Assembly: GCA_963514005.1 (NCBI GenBank)
Contig: OY740807.1
Span: forward strand, 11,222,001-11,286,000
Direction of reading: 5' to 3'
DNA: 64,000 bases
Source of the DNA: Raja brachyura
Taxonomy: Eukaryota
Below, in pieces: positions 1 through 13,000 of this stretch. Both the position numbers and the translations under genes were made by a program. The notes under the pieces are model-generated. The model was given only the letters and a program-made list of their open reading frames with translations. It was not told the DNA's origin and ran no database searches. Positions within the stretch are counted from its first letter, which is position 1. Every line of letters starts with the position of its first letter.

Positions 1-749
1 GGTGGGGAGAGAGGGCAGTGTTGCGGGGTATGGAGGAGACCCTGGTGCGAGACTCATCTATGGTGGGGGAGGGGAATCCCCGTTCCCTGAAGGATGAGGA
101 CATTTGTGATGCCCTGGTGTGGAACACCTCATCCTGGGAGCAGATGGGGCGTAGACGGAGGAATTGGGAATAGGGGATGGGGTCCTTACAGCAAGCACGG
201 TGGGCAGAAGAGTAGTCCAGGTAGCCGTGGGAGTCAGTGGGTTTATAGTGGATGTCGGTCAGGAGTCTATCACCTGCGATGGAGATAGTGAGGTCAAGGA
301 ATTGAAGGGAAGTGTCGGAAATGGTCCACGTGTATTTGAGTGCCGGATGGAAGTTGGTGGTGAAACGGATGAAGTCGGTCAGTTGTGTGTGGGTGCAGGA
401 GGTGACACCAAAGCAGTCGTCGATGTAGCGGAGGTAGAGGTCAGGGATGGGACCCTGGTACGCCTCGAACAAGGATTGTTCGACGTACCCAACAAAGAGG
501 CAGGCTTAGCTGGGGCCCATGCGTGTGCCCATAACTACGCCTTGTATTTGGAGGAAATGGGAGGAGTCAAATGAGAAGTTATTGAGGGTAAGGACCAACT
601 CCGCTAGGCGGAGGAGAGTGTCAGTGGATTGGTATCGGTTGCTCCTCCGGTCGAGGAAGAACCGGAGGGCTTTGAGACCATCCTGGTGGGGGATCGCTAG
701 ACGGAGGAGAGTGTCAGTGGACGGGTATAGGTTGCTCCTCCGGTCGAGG
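1..749 (-). mobile_element. Penelope-like retroelement reverse transcriptase fragment, truncated, with an in-frame stop
   Basis: Minus-strand translation reads LRLAELVLTLNNFSFDSSHFLQIQGVVMGTRMGPS*ACLFVGYVEQSLF...YLRYIDDCFG...FLDLTI...HYKPTDSHGYLDY, which are typical PLE RT motifs. It runs off the window start. Confidence 0.85.
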
Positions 750-1687
750 GGTTATATTTAAGTAATGGAGAAAATGGGGAATCGTCTCCAATTATCACCC
801 ATCCATAAATATATGCAATATCAAAATACATTTTCTGAGAGCAGCCATCTATTGGATGCAGAGGATAGTGACAAAGTGCTGGAGTAAAGTGGGTCTGGCA
901 GCATCTTTGGAGAAAAAGGATGGGTGACGTTTCAGGCCGGAACCTTTATTGAAAACAGAGGAATGATTTAATCTCCGAATAATCGTATCAATCGTGAAAT
1001 TCCCAGGTGTTGCTGAGTAGAGTCCAGAATTGTTCAATCCCAGCTCTATGAAAGACAGGGCAGATTGCAGCAGACAAATTGAGTTGTTAAGTACGGAGAA
1101 AATGATTAACCGCACTAGACTAGACATTGATTTTGTCGTTGTTAATTTACTGTATTTTGCCTGGTAATTCAGGAATCTTTATTTGGGCTTTTTCTAATTT
1201 TTTGTAAACCCACTGCGGGGTTACGTGCCAATCATTAATACGATGGCTGCTCCATACCATGCCATATTTGACAATGTGAACAACTTGCCTGGGTTTTGAC
1301 TCTATTCCTGTTCTCATATTTGCTGTCCACTGCATAAATCTTTCTTTTGCAGCGTTGTAATTATCCAAAATACAAATGCAAGTTAAATAAATTTTCATCG
1401 TAGAATTAGAGGATTTTGCAGTGTTAAGCAGCACTTGGCCCTCGAGTGGTGGGGCGAGAAGCTTTTCCTATGAATAGCAGTACTCTAGATGAGCATCATT
1501 GTGTCCTGGCCAATACTGATATATAACAAATTAACTGGACAATGTTTATTTAATTGGTGATAATTCATGGGTCTATGCTGTGTATGGAAAGGCCAAGATG
1601 TTTGGCCAAAAGTCATAAGGTGATGAAAATCGTGATATAAATTGGTGGAGTAGCCTCGATGAGCCATATGGCCTTATTCTGCTTTTA

Positions 1688-3174
1688 CAGTGCCCTCCAT
1701 AACGTTTGGGACCAGGCCCCATCATTTATTTATTTGCCTCTGTACTCCACAATTTGAGATTTGTAATAGAAAAATATCACATGCGGTTAAAGTGCACATT
1801 GTCAGATTTTATTAAAGGGTATTTTTATACATTTTGGTTTTACCATGTAAAAATTACAGCTGTGTTTATACATAGTCCCCCCATTTCAGGGCACCATAAT
1901 GTTTGGGACACATGGCTTCACAGGTGTTTGTATTGCTCAGGCGTGTTTAATTGCTTCCTTAAACCAGGTATAAGAGAGTTCTCAGCACCTAGTCTTTCCT
2001 CCAGTCTTTTCATCACTGTTGGAAACATTTATTGCTGTTTATCAACATGAGGACCAAAGTTGTGCCAATGAAAGTCAAAGAAGCCATTATGAGTCTGAGA
2101 AACAAGAATAAAACTGCTAGACATACGCCAAACTTTAGGCTTACCAAAATCAACTGTTTGGAACATCTTTAAGAAGAGAGTTTACTAATCGCCAAGGGAC
2201 TGGCAGGCCAAGGAAGTACTCCACAGCTGATGACAGAAGAATTATCTCTATAATAAAGAAAATGCCACAAACAACTGTCCGACAGATCAGAAATACTCTT
2301 CAGGGGTCAGATGTGGATTCGTCAATAGCCACTGCCAGCAGAAGACTTCATGAACAGAAATACAGAGGCTACATTGCAAGATACAAACCACTGGTTAGCT
2401 GCAAAAATAGGATGGCCATGTTCCAGTTTGCCAAGAAGCACTTAAAGGAGCAACCACAGTTCTGGAAAAAGGTCTTGTGGACAGATGAGACGAAGATTAA
2501 CTTATATCAGAGTGCTGACAAGAGCAAAGTATGGAGGAGAAAAGGAACTGCCCAAGATCTGCTCAAGTTCAGACAAATGCCTCAAAACTCATTGGCCGGT
2601 CGTTCATTCTACAACAAGATAATGATCCCAAACATACTGCTAAAGCAACAAAGAGCTTTGCAAAGCTAAAAAAATGGTCAATTATTGAGTGGCCAAATCA
2701 ATCACACGATCTGAACCCAATTGAGCATGCCTTTTATATGCTGAAGAGAGAACTGAAGGGGACTAGCCCCCCAAATAAGCATAAGCTAAAGATGGCTGCA
2801 ATACAGGCCTGGCAGAGCATCACCAGAGAAGTCGCCCAGCAACTGGTGATGTCCATGAATCGCAGACTTCAAGCAGTCATTGCATGCAAAGAATATGCAA
2901 CAAAATACTAAACATGACTAGTTTTATTTACATGACATTGCTGTGTCCCAAACATTATGCTGCCCTGAAATGGGGGGGGGGGACTATGTATAAACACTGC
3001 TGTAATTTCTACATGGTGAAACCAAAATGTATAAAAATGGCCTTTATTAAAATTTGACAATGTACACTTTAACAACATGTGTTTTTTTGTTTATTACAAA
3101 TCTCAAATTGAGGAGTACATAGGCAAAAATAAATAAATGATGGCTCTTTGTGCCAAACATTATGGAGGGCACTG
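1688..3174 (+). mobile_element. Tc1 (DD34E, IR/DR-type) transposon copy 1, internally deleted
   Basis: TA-flanked ends CAGTGCCCTCCATAA...TTATGGAGGGCACTG and long inverted repeats with inner and outer direct repeats. ORFs 2262-2669 and 2531-2911 carry WTDETK, QQDNDPKH and DLNPIE. Confidence 0.95.
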
Positions 3175-3235
3175 TAGGTCGAATTATATATTTCTTTTTT
3201 CATTTTCCCCCCTGAATGTTTTCCCTTTTTGAATG

Positions 3236-3512
3236 AGAGATACAGCATGAAAATGGGCCCATTGACGCCACGTCGACCATCGATCACCCGTTCACATGAG
3301 TCCTATGTTATCCCACTTTTTCGTCCACTCCCTTGCACACTTGGAACAATTTACAGAGGCTGATTAATCTGACAACCCAAACATCTTTGAAATGTGGGAG
3401 GAAACCAGAGCACCCAGAGGAAAACCGCGCGGTCACGAAGAGAATGCGCAAACTCCATATAGACAGCACCTGACGTCTGGATTGAATTTGGGTCTCTGGC
3501 ACTGAGGCAGCA
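3236..3512 (-). mobile_element. V-SINE / HE1-like tRNA-derived SINE
   Basis: Reverse complement carries the V-domain-like core (GGTTTCCTCCCACA...AAAGA) and a CR1-like tail; it is similar to the other SINE copies in the window. Confidence 0.7.
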
Positions 3513-4224
3513 GAAATAATTTTTTTACCGTGAAGTTTTTCTCTCATTCCTGCCCTAATTTGCCAGTTTTGTAGCTGTGGTTGTGAACTTTGTCAAGTAA
3601 AAACTCCTTTGCCTATATATACAACAGGAAGTGTTGTGTAATTACACACTTGTATTCTCAAATAAAAATAATCATAATCTTCAAGCTCAATATAAACAAG
3701 TTAACACTGCATGGCTTGCCATGCGTGGCTAATTTGTTCAGAAAGTGAGATGGTCTAAAGGGCCGATTTCTGTGCTTGTGGGCAACATTCATCTAGCAAG
3801 AGTTAAATGGCATAGCTGTGCAAAAATTGGAAGGAGGAACTTGGGGAAAGTATTATCATTGCACTTAATGTTGGCAGTCCTACAGGCATGTAATGTTGCT
3901 AATGGTATGGCACTCATTTGATTTCTGAAATGACCTCCCTCTAGTACGTTCCTATTCGATTAGGTCGCTATAATTATTTTCTGTAAGAAATGTAATGTCT
4001 TAATATCAGGTTTAATTTTTGAAACTCCATCTTCTGCTGAAGTAGTTGTAATTTGGAGGAGGCTCATCTCAACGAATTTCGGTCTTTTGCTGTTGATGAG
4101 ATTCGGGGCTTGCTGGGATTTAGCAAAATGAAATCAAGTGTGACGGTCCATATAATTAAAATATCAGCAATGTAACCGTTTGACAACAAGTTTTTTTTAT
4201 TTGCTTGATTTTTTCCCGTTCTAG

Positions 4225-4313
4225 ACGTGCAGTGGTGATTGTTGAATTGAAAGTTGTTAGAACAGCCGACCAAGTGAATGGAAAAATCGGTAATCCAACG
4301 CCAATCAATGAAG
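4225..4313 (+). CDS. RPA1: RPA1 coding exon (human exon 5 equivalent), 89 nt, with a GC splice donor
   Basis: Acceptor ttttttcccgttctag. Peptide RAVVIVELKVVRTADQVNGKIGNPTPINEG resembles human [30 protein letters not shown]. Donor AG|GCAAGT; phase 1 fits the next exon. Confidence 0.9.
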
Positions 4314-4524
4314 GCAAGTGACATCTAACAGAATTTGTCCCTACAGTTCGGTTAATTTGTCTGGTGGGAATGTTTGAAAATACTGTTCTTTTTTTCCCCC
4401 CCTTCCTCCAGCGTACCTACCCTGGCACGTTTTTGCATGCATTTGGTTTTTTTGATGCATGCAGCCAGCCCAGATGCTTGTGTCAGCATGTCATTGGAAA
4501 ATTAACTGAAATACATTTATTTCT

Positions 4525-4739
4525 CTGTAGGAAGGAACTGCAGATGCTGGTTTAAACCAAAGATAGACACAAAATGCTGGAGTAACTCAACGGGCCTGGC
4601 AGCATCTCTGGAGGGAGGGAAAGGATGACGTTTTGGGTCGAGATCTTTCTTCAGGGGGTCTCGATTCAAAGCGGTCACCCATTCCTATTCAGAGATGCTG
4701 CCTATCCCACTGAGTTACTCCAGCATTTTTTGTCTATCT
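4525..4739. mobile_element. Short palindromic PLE-derived insertion with degenerate hammerhead cores
   Basis: Inverted arms, flanked by the 13-bp duplication TACATTTATTTCT at 4512-4524 and 4740-4752. Confidence 0.75.
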
Positions 4740-4905
4740 TACATTTATTTCTTGTGCCTGAGTATGTGGTTTGTGCAGCGATTGCTGAATTGTGATCAGG
4801 AATGGAGCTCTGCCCCGATTTCTTTTCTATGCTAAGGATCTATTTGTAACATTCTGCTGTAGTATCAGCATTGATTGGGTTTATTATGTAGCGTGTACCA
4901 AAATA

Positions 4906-5814
4906 TAGTAGACCCCCGTTTTAACGGGTCCCTTTATGAAGGATTTTGGTTATAGCGGAAGGACATGCCAAACCCACCCCCGGCTCGCACTACCTCCTCG
5001 GCCGCTTACACCTGTTACTCCCGCCTCCCAACATGTACTAACAAGCTCTCCTTCATTCACCGCACTGTCTGGTTGACACCGCTGTTTTGGCATCTCGCGT
5101 TGTACCCCCTGGGTCAACGCTTTCTTCGGGCTGCTGCCACCAACAGGACATGCTCAGTCACATTCACTACCTGTAAGCCCATTGTTTTGTCCACTTCCCA
5201 CTCCACTGCTGCTGCCACCACCACCACCTCCCGTCATTCTATCCACTCGCTCCCCCCTCCCCTCCCTCTACTCGTAGCCAAATTCTGCTCCTTCCATCAC
5301 TCTGTCCACTCTGCCTCTTATCTCCCCCACCCCCCCCCTCCTCCCTCCCTGCACTGCCATCGCCAACATACTCCAGCTTTTAAGCAGCAGCAGTTGAGAG
5401 GGGAGGGAGCCCCACGGTGAGCGAGCGTGCCTTGTCGGTGGCAGCGGCCTGAAGAAAGCGCAGCTGCCAGGGGCTGCACCATGAGCCGCAACAACAGGCC
5501 TCTCGCCCGACCCTGCTGTAGCTCATCAAGAACTGCTTGCTGCTGCAGCTCAGTACTGTAAGGTCAAACGACACAAAGTGTGGAGTAACTCATAGACTGA
5601 ATCAGTGTAAACAAGGATCCCAATGTCACGTATCCATGTTCTCCAATGATGCTGCTTGACTCGCTGAGTTACTCCAGCACTTTGTGTTCTTTTGTGTAAC
5701 CATCATGTTTCAACTACATACAATGTTAATACCGTACTCGGTTATAGCAGGCTATCGGTATTAACGGACACCCATCCCGCCCCCACTGTGGTCCGTTATA
5801 AAAAGGGTTTACTG
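4906..5814. mobile_element. Non-autonomous Tigger/pogo-like element with GC-rich interior
   Basis: Imperfect terminal inverted repeats TAGTAGACCCCCGTTTTAACGG and CCGTTATAAAAAGGGTTTACTG. It appears to interrupt a LINE 3' tail. Confidence 0.6.
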
Positions 5815-6408
5815 ACCCTTGTTATAACAGGTTTAGTGAAAAGCTTTATTCGTGTGCTATCCAGTCAAATTATACTATACAGAGTACAATCAAGCCATAT
5901 GCACGTACAAAGATAAAAATACTATCGTGCAGATAATAGTGTTATATAACGTTAGTTACAGAGAAGGAGCAGATTTTTACGAAGTACAAAGTCTGTAATG
6001 AGGTAGGTTGGGAATTTTGGACTACAGCCGAACTTATGGCAAGACCATAAGTGGTCTGATAAGTGGGAAGAAGCTCATTCCTGAATTTGGTGATATGTGC
6101 TCTCAAGCTTTTGTACCATCAGCCATGGGGAGAAGAGAAAATGGCCAGGGTGACAGACTGTGGATTAGACCTGAAACTTAATCTTTTGTTTTTCTATGCA
6201 CTTAAAGCAGTCGGCATTTAAAGTAAGTTATCTGATTAAATTATATTATAAGCCTGCATGTTCCACTTTGTGCTAATTTCCAATTAAAATGACATCTCTA
6301 CAACTTGGACTTGTTTTAACCCAAACTGATTGGAATCTAAGCTTGTGAAAATGTTCTTTGCAATTGATTCCTAATTGGTTTCATTCGAAAACATTTATTT
6401 ACATACAG

Positions 6409-6492
6409 GTCAAACACAACCGTCAGCTGCTGTTGCCAACCAATCAACAACCAAATCAGTGCAGAATGACTCTACATTGGGTACTGCTTCAG
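6409..6492 (+). CDS. RPA1: RPA1 coding exon (exon 6 equivalent, linker), 84 nt
   Basis: tacag acceptor and G|gtaag donor, phase 1 to phase 1. Low-complexity linker peptide GQTQPSAAVANQSTTKSVQNDSTLGTAS at the expected position between exons 5 and 7. Confidence 0.75.
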
Positions 6493-6862
6493 GTAAGACT
6501 TTGAGGATACATCTTAGGTGCAACAGTCTATCTTTTTAAGAGTGCTCCTTTTTGATTTTAGTGTTACAAATGCTGGAGCTCCTTTCAAAACGTACCAATG
6601 AGCATTTTGCAGCTTCATCCTAAATAGTACAAACTTCATTATTTTCCTCAAAATATTAGAAAATTAAGGAATAGGAGCCATGATTGGATACACGGCTGCG
6701 TCCAACAGTGTCGTGGGATGCATTGGTTTTAATTCAATATCCCGATGCTTTGTTATTGTTTTCAATTGTCCACTTGAGGGCGAAAACAATCTATTCTGCA
6801 GAATTGAATAAATATAATGTTTCTGTTTTATGGTGTTAATATACAAAATATCATGCTTGTAG

Positions 6863-7001
6863 TTCGCAGTATTCCTGCCAACGTTGAGAACAAGCTGCCT
6901 AGTAAACCTGGAAGTTTCAGAAGTCAACCAAATAGCATTGCAGGATCACAGTCACAGGCAAAAGTGGTTCCTATCGCCAGCCTGAACCCCTACCAATCTA
7001 A
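6863..7001 (+). CDS. RPA1: RPA1 coding exon (exon 7 equivalent)
   Basis: Ends ...SQAKVVPIASLNPYQSK (human KVVPIASLTPYQSK) with donor AA|gtaagt. The acceptor tgtag at 6862 keeps the frame. Confidence 0.9.
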
Positions 7002-7977
7002 GTAAGTACACTCAACTTGTTCAAGGTGCATCCTTGAATGATCACGGTTAATACCTTGTATCTTCTTCTGGGCGGGTTTGGTAAACCGCTTGGTTTGAGG
7101 TTCATTTGGCCTTGTGCTTGATTGTGTAAATGTGTCTCTGAGGAAATGGATGAATATTGATGTCTGCCTCTCTCAAATGCAAATTAATTAATACAGGTGC
7201 ACAATTGAATCCACTTTGTTACTTCTCTGCATTAGACGTCTAATCTGTTTATATCATTCTCCACTCTGTTCCGCTCTGAAACATTTCAGCTTTTAATTAA
7301 CAGTTGTGGATGACGTATTATCAAACATTTGTCGCGATAGTTGCAAAATCTATATCCATAAGTAAAAACATAAGACACAAAGAGAGGTGGTTTGGCTCAT
7401 CAAGCTTAATCTTTCACAGAAGCGGATATAATTTGCTCTTTCATGTTTTGTGTGAAGCTTATTCTCACAAGGGATATGAGGAACGGGTTTAAGAAAAAAA
7501 ACTAGAAAAATCCAATATGTCTGGCTAATCGCTAACTCCCCAAGAATATTACTGCAGAATTGTAGGAAATAAATATGGCATTACATTATTCAAGTTGCAA
7601 CTCACAGCTGACATTTCCATGATTGCAGCAATACAGGAATACAGTATTTGATCACCTTTGTCTGCACTTGGACCTGAAACCTTAACTGTCTTAAGCAAAT
7701 ATTTATCCATTTAATCAAATTTATCATGAGCTGCTTTTTGCTGGAGGGCGATTTCATGTAATTTGTTATCTTTCAGTGTCCTCCAATAATGTTAAATCCA
7801 TCCCTACATTCTATAATACTGCTCTTGATATTTGGCTGCACCTGAATTATGCAGATGGGTCACGCTGCTTTCTGCTGACCTGAGAAGGCCGACTTCACCC
7901 CAAGGAGCAATGATGTGAATTTACAAGCAAACACTGATCCCATGCGTTAAGGAACCAATGGCAGCAATCTCCTACTA

Positions 7978-8193
7978 AGAGTGCAGTCCCACTTTCACGA
8001 CCTCTGCCGAGTTTGCCCATGACTCATACTCGCAGCATGGTCGTCACAAGGTCATAGGTAGGTCGTCGCAGGCCGTGATGCTAATCATACGTGCTCGTGG
8101 CATCAAGTAGGTTGGGGAGTTTTTCTAGCATGATGAAAAATGTCCACGAGTAAAAAGGGTCGTGAATTAGGTTGTGAAAATGGGACAGACCCT
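7978..8193. mobile_element. MITE, possibly PIF/Harbinger-like
   Basis: Imperfect TIRs GTCCCACTTTCACGACCT and AGGTTGTGAAAATGGGAC in a TAA/TTA context; about 215 bp. Confidence 0.55.
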
Positions 8194-10023
8194 TAACTTA
8201 AACTTGATGCTGTGACTAATCTTAAACAAAAACACACAAGGTCCTCCACAGTTAAACTTATGCGCATTATTTGAAATTATTCCATCTAGTTTATTATTGT
8301 CATGTGTACCAAGATAGAGAGGAAAAACTTTATTTTGCATGCTACCCAGGCAAATTATACCCTACATGAATACATTAGCTAGGGCAAAAGTGAAAATATT
8401 GTGCAAAATTTAGTGTTACATCGATAGTGGAAGTGCAGAGATTTAAAAATGGTCCAAGGGCCATATTGAGGTAGATTGGAAAGTGATGAATTCATCGCAA
8501 AGGAGGTTATGGGATAAAGCTAGATTGCTGTGTTCCACTGTTATTTGTATTCTAAAGGGCATAGACCAAGTCCAGCATCTTGGTAGCGGACAGTTTTGCT
8601 CAATACTCGCCTTTTTGTACCTAAAGGTGATCAAGACAAATGTCCTTTGTTATATAATGTGTCATCTGAAACATGATGCAACACAACTGTCATTTGTAAA
8701 AAGGAGTAGACAGCACCAAGGGAAAGCTGCTAATTTAAATTTAACGTCTGTGTCACCAGATAATGTAATTATAACTACATCGCTTTGCCTGTATCATGCC
8801 TTCCCCACCAACAATATCAGCAATTCCCAAATGATGAAATGTGTGTCATTCTCCATTTCCCGATTCATGAATTCTTATCAGTTTTGTGTGCTGCCTCGAG
8901 TACAATGGTGTCGTTTTTGAAGATGACTACTCTTGCAATGGAACTATTCCTGTGGATTTGCTAATTATATCGTGATGCACCCCCGTTTTGAGCCTTGCAT
9001 TCAATCTTTTGGGATGCGAATTCCAGGTTTCCATAGTACTTTGATCAAAGTGTTTCTTCTTATTGCTAAATTCCTGAGCTCTCAATTTAAGTTTGGATCC
9101 CTTTAGAGTCATAGCGCTATAAATGAAGACCCGTTATCTTCTGAATCATATCATTAAGCCAGTTTTCAATTCACCGAACTGATTTGCAACTAATTTAACT
9201 TGAGTCTTGCATGGAGAGATTATTAAATGTCCTTTGCAAATCTGCCTCAATGTTATCTGTTGATTTTGTTGCCATCAAAAGAATTTGAGTAATTTTCAAC
9301 CCTGATGTATTGATTTTGAATCTAATATTATTCCAGAGTAGGCAAATTACTGCAGCACTGCAACGATAGGCTTTTGTTATTTTGTTACCTTAATTGTCTT
9401 GATGGCTCCAGATATTTGACCATAGGAAGATATGTGGTCACCTTTTAATGGCTATCAGCTGCCAGGCTGTCCTCCCTCGCCCTTGCCAGCTTTCTCCCCT
9501 ATCTTGCCCTCCTCTAGTCTGAAGAAGGGTCCCGACTCAAAACATTGCCAATCCATTCTCACCACATGTGCTGCCTGAACTGCTAATTCTGCATTTACAT
9601 CTCCTGAGGCATGACTTTATGGTCATGTTTACAGTCCATTATTTCTGCCAGTTTAACCAACTAAATGATCTACAAAACCTTATTCCATATTATTTAAATC
9701 TTGTCCTTTTTTCTTGAAACTTTTTTCGCATTTATATCTTTTGGCAACAAAACGTAACTTTCCTCCTGTCATCTGGGTAGCCAAAAAAAAGGAAGCTGTA
9801 CTTGTCTATCTTTCACAGACTAGCTCAATGTTTAACACCTGGCTATATATTACTTTATTATGTGTCTAACGTTCAAAGCTAATATGGGAAATGTAAGATC
9901 TAATTTGCATGCAGAAACACAATGTTATTTTTTAAGAGATTAATAATGCCTAGAGCACTAGGGAGATTCCTACAATGCCCAAAACAATATTCTAGGAATT
10001 AGTACATCCTTTGTAACAATAAG

Positions 10024-13000
10024 TGTAAGATATTACGACTTCAGCATGTAGATAGAAACAAGCACAGGTTTTCAGTACACGCTGTGTAGGTCGTCTTTAT
10101 GTTGCAAAAGCACACTGCGCATGCTCACACATATTCACGAGACTGGTAAGATATAGAATATATCACATGACACATCATATCATTCCAGTACTGAGTTCTT
10201 AAAGTTACAATTACCATTATATACACTACACTGCTCTCTCCTTAGAAAGCAAAATAACTTGTAAATTAGACAAACAAGAATAATTTTATAAATTTAATCG
10301 GACGACTGGTTTACGCACTCTTTCTGATCTGAGTGGTTTAGGGGTAGTATCAGGTTGTGGTTCCAAACGAGAGTCAAGTCCAGGATCATTTACCTTTGTC
10401 TCTACTTTCTTTGGAGATTCTGCTCTTACATCTGAACTTGGAATAACACCAAAGTCTGACAGATCTGCTTCTTTGTCTATGCTTTGCTCTTGTCCCGGTT
10501 CATCCCTGGATGGGATCATATGGTTTATGTGCACACTTCCAACACGTCCTCCAATTTCTACCAAATTCCTCCTGGGACGACACACTTCAACTACTGTTCC
10601 CGCCTCCCATTTGTTTGCTTTGTAAGGGGGGGCTAGGTACACTGACCTGATCATGTGTATTAAACCGACGTTCTTTTTGACTTCCACCATAATGACATTT
10701 CTGATCAGATTGTTTGGGTTCAACCTTTGGAAATAGGTTCGGTAGAACCAAACTCAGTCTAGTTCTGGGCCTTCTTTTCATGAGAAGTACAGCTGGCGTA
10801 TATTGTGGCGTGGCAGATTGTGGCGTGGTACGATATTTCAGTAAGAAACTAGCTGCTGTGACATACTGAATTTAGAATTCCCTTCAAGAACATGTTTATT
10901 GAGAGCTCCTTTGATTATCCTGACTGACCTATCGGCTGTGCCGTTAGATGCCGGATGGTAAGTTAGCACTAAGGTATGCTTCATATAATTTAGCTTCATG
11001 AACGTTTGGAACAATGCAGCATGAAATTGGGGGCCGTTGTCAGAGACAAGCTCTTCAGGTAATACATGACACGCAAATATAGACCGCAATACGTCTATTG
11101 TTCTTTCTGTTGTTGTGTCTGTATCCATATGTAACCACCTCAATCCACTTTGAGTGGCTATCTACCAAAATGAGAAAATTATTATTCCCGTGTTCACAAA
11201 AGTGAACTCTCTGAAAAGGTCTGGTAGGCCAAGACCCTGTTTGCAAAGGGGTTTGGGCAGGCCTACTTCTACAACTCTGACAGATACTACATTTACTTGC
11301 CATTGCTTCTATGTCATTGTCCAATCCTGGCCAATACATGCAACCTCTGGTTGTAGACTTCATTCCAACAATACCTGTGTGTTCACTATGGAGCTCTTTA
11401 AATAATATTTGTCTTCTCTGTGACCCCATTTAATACACCCTTGCACACATGACAGTTCATATTGTCTAGTGTGATAAGGTTTTAGTTCATTAGTACATGG
11501 TTTTATTTCTGGCCAGCCACACAAAATGTGTTCATATGCTTGTTTTAGCACTGTGTCCTTGAGTTTCAGCAAAAAATTTCAGCTGCTGTGACTGGAAAGT
11601 CATTGTCCACTGCTTCTGTGACGTAGACAGCACCTTCACAGCCCGCATCTGATTCTTCATGAGGCAAACGTGACAATGCATCAGCGATAGCATTTTCATT
11701 TTGAGCTGCGGTACTCAATACTGTAGTAATTACAGTGACAGGAGAACTGCGCAGCGCTGCATCCTCGAGGCTGCAATCGTAGGTATTGGTGACCGACGAC
11801 CAAGAATAGCGAGAAGTGGCTTCTGATCAGTAACCGGGGGGAATACCCTACCCAACAGATACTGATGGAATTACTTGATCACAAAGATGATACCAAGGTC
11901 TTCTTTCTCGATTTGTGCACAATTACGCTCACTCTTCGTAAGTGTGTGCGATGCAAATGCTGTAGGTTTTTCTTGCCCCTGTTCCATTACATGTGAAATC
12001 ACATCTCCTACCCCACAACTAGACGCCTCACAAGCTAACTTCAACTCGCGATTTGTATCGTAGTGAACAAGTAATGCATCACTGGTCAAGCTCTTCTTGC
12101 ATGCATCTTACAAATTTTGTTGTTCTTTGGACCATTCCCAATGTTTATCCTGTTCAACAACTTGTGAAGAGGAGCTAGCTTTGTTGCTCATGCGGGTAAG
12201 AAGCGTGAGTAATAGTGTACCATACCCAGGAAGGAGCGGAGTTGAGACACATTCTGTGGTGTTGGTGCGTTTGCAATAGCTTCACTTTCAAACCAAGATA
12301 CACTACTTCAGTCTGTAAGAATGCAAATTTGTTTCTTTTCAACTTTATATTGTGATCATCAAGCCGTTTCAACACTTCACTGAATGCCTCTAGATTCTCC
12401 TCCTCAGTAACAGTCGCAATCAGCAAGCTCAAACAATGTGATGTTTCTTGCAGAATCTTGTCCATTGTAGCTTGGATGATTTTTGGTGCTGACATCACAC
12501 CATAGGGTAGTTTTGTGTTGGAATAGAGCCTCGTGTGTGTTTGTTGTGAGGTACTCCTGTCTCTTAAGATCAACATTTAGCTGAGCATATGCACGTGACA
12601 GATCTAGCTTGGAGAATACCTCGGAACCAGCAAGTTCAGCATATAAATCTTGTGAGGTTGGTCATGGATACTGTTCATCATCCACTGCCTAGTTGACGGT
12701 CACTCTGTAGTCTCCACACAATCTCACTATGTTCGCTTTTTAACCATCACTATTGGAGTAGCCCAATCACTGCGATCTGTTTTAACCATTACACTGATTT
12801 GTTCCAACTTTTTGATTTCAGCTTCCACTTAACTTTTCAACGCTTATGGCTCTGGTTGCGGTGTACAGTAGACAGGTTCCACATCGGGTCGAGTCCTGAT
12901 GTGTGTTTGCTCACCCTTTATGCCATCATAGCTGCCGTTGAACGCAGCATGCTGTTTCTGCAACAACTGATCCAGTTGTGTTTGCACTTCGACTTGGAAC

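Noticed and set aside
164-761. Plus-strand ORFs of 136 aa and 80 aa
   Set aside because: They are antisense shadows of the Penelope-like RT on the minus strand.
849-1434. Minus-strand ORFs, considered as a transposase remnant; region also scanned for RPA1 exon 4
   Set aside because: No recognisable motif was found, and no match to the exon 4 peptide was seen on the plus strand.
4965-5420. 151-aa Pro/His/Thr-rich ORF
   Set aside because: Low-complexity open frame inside a TIR element with no domain signature.
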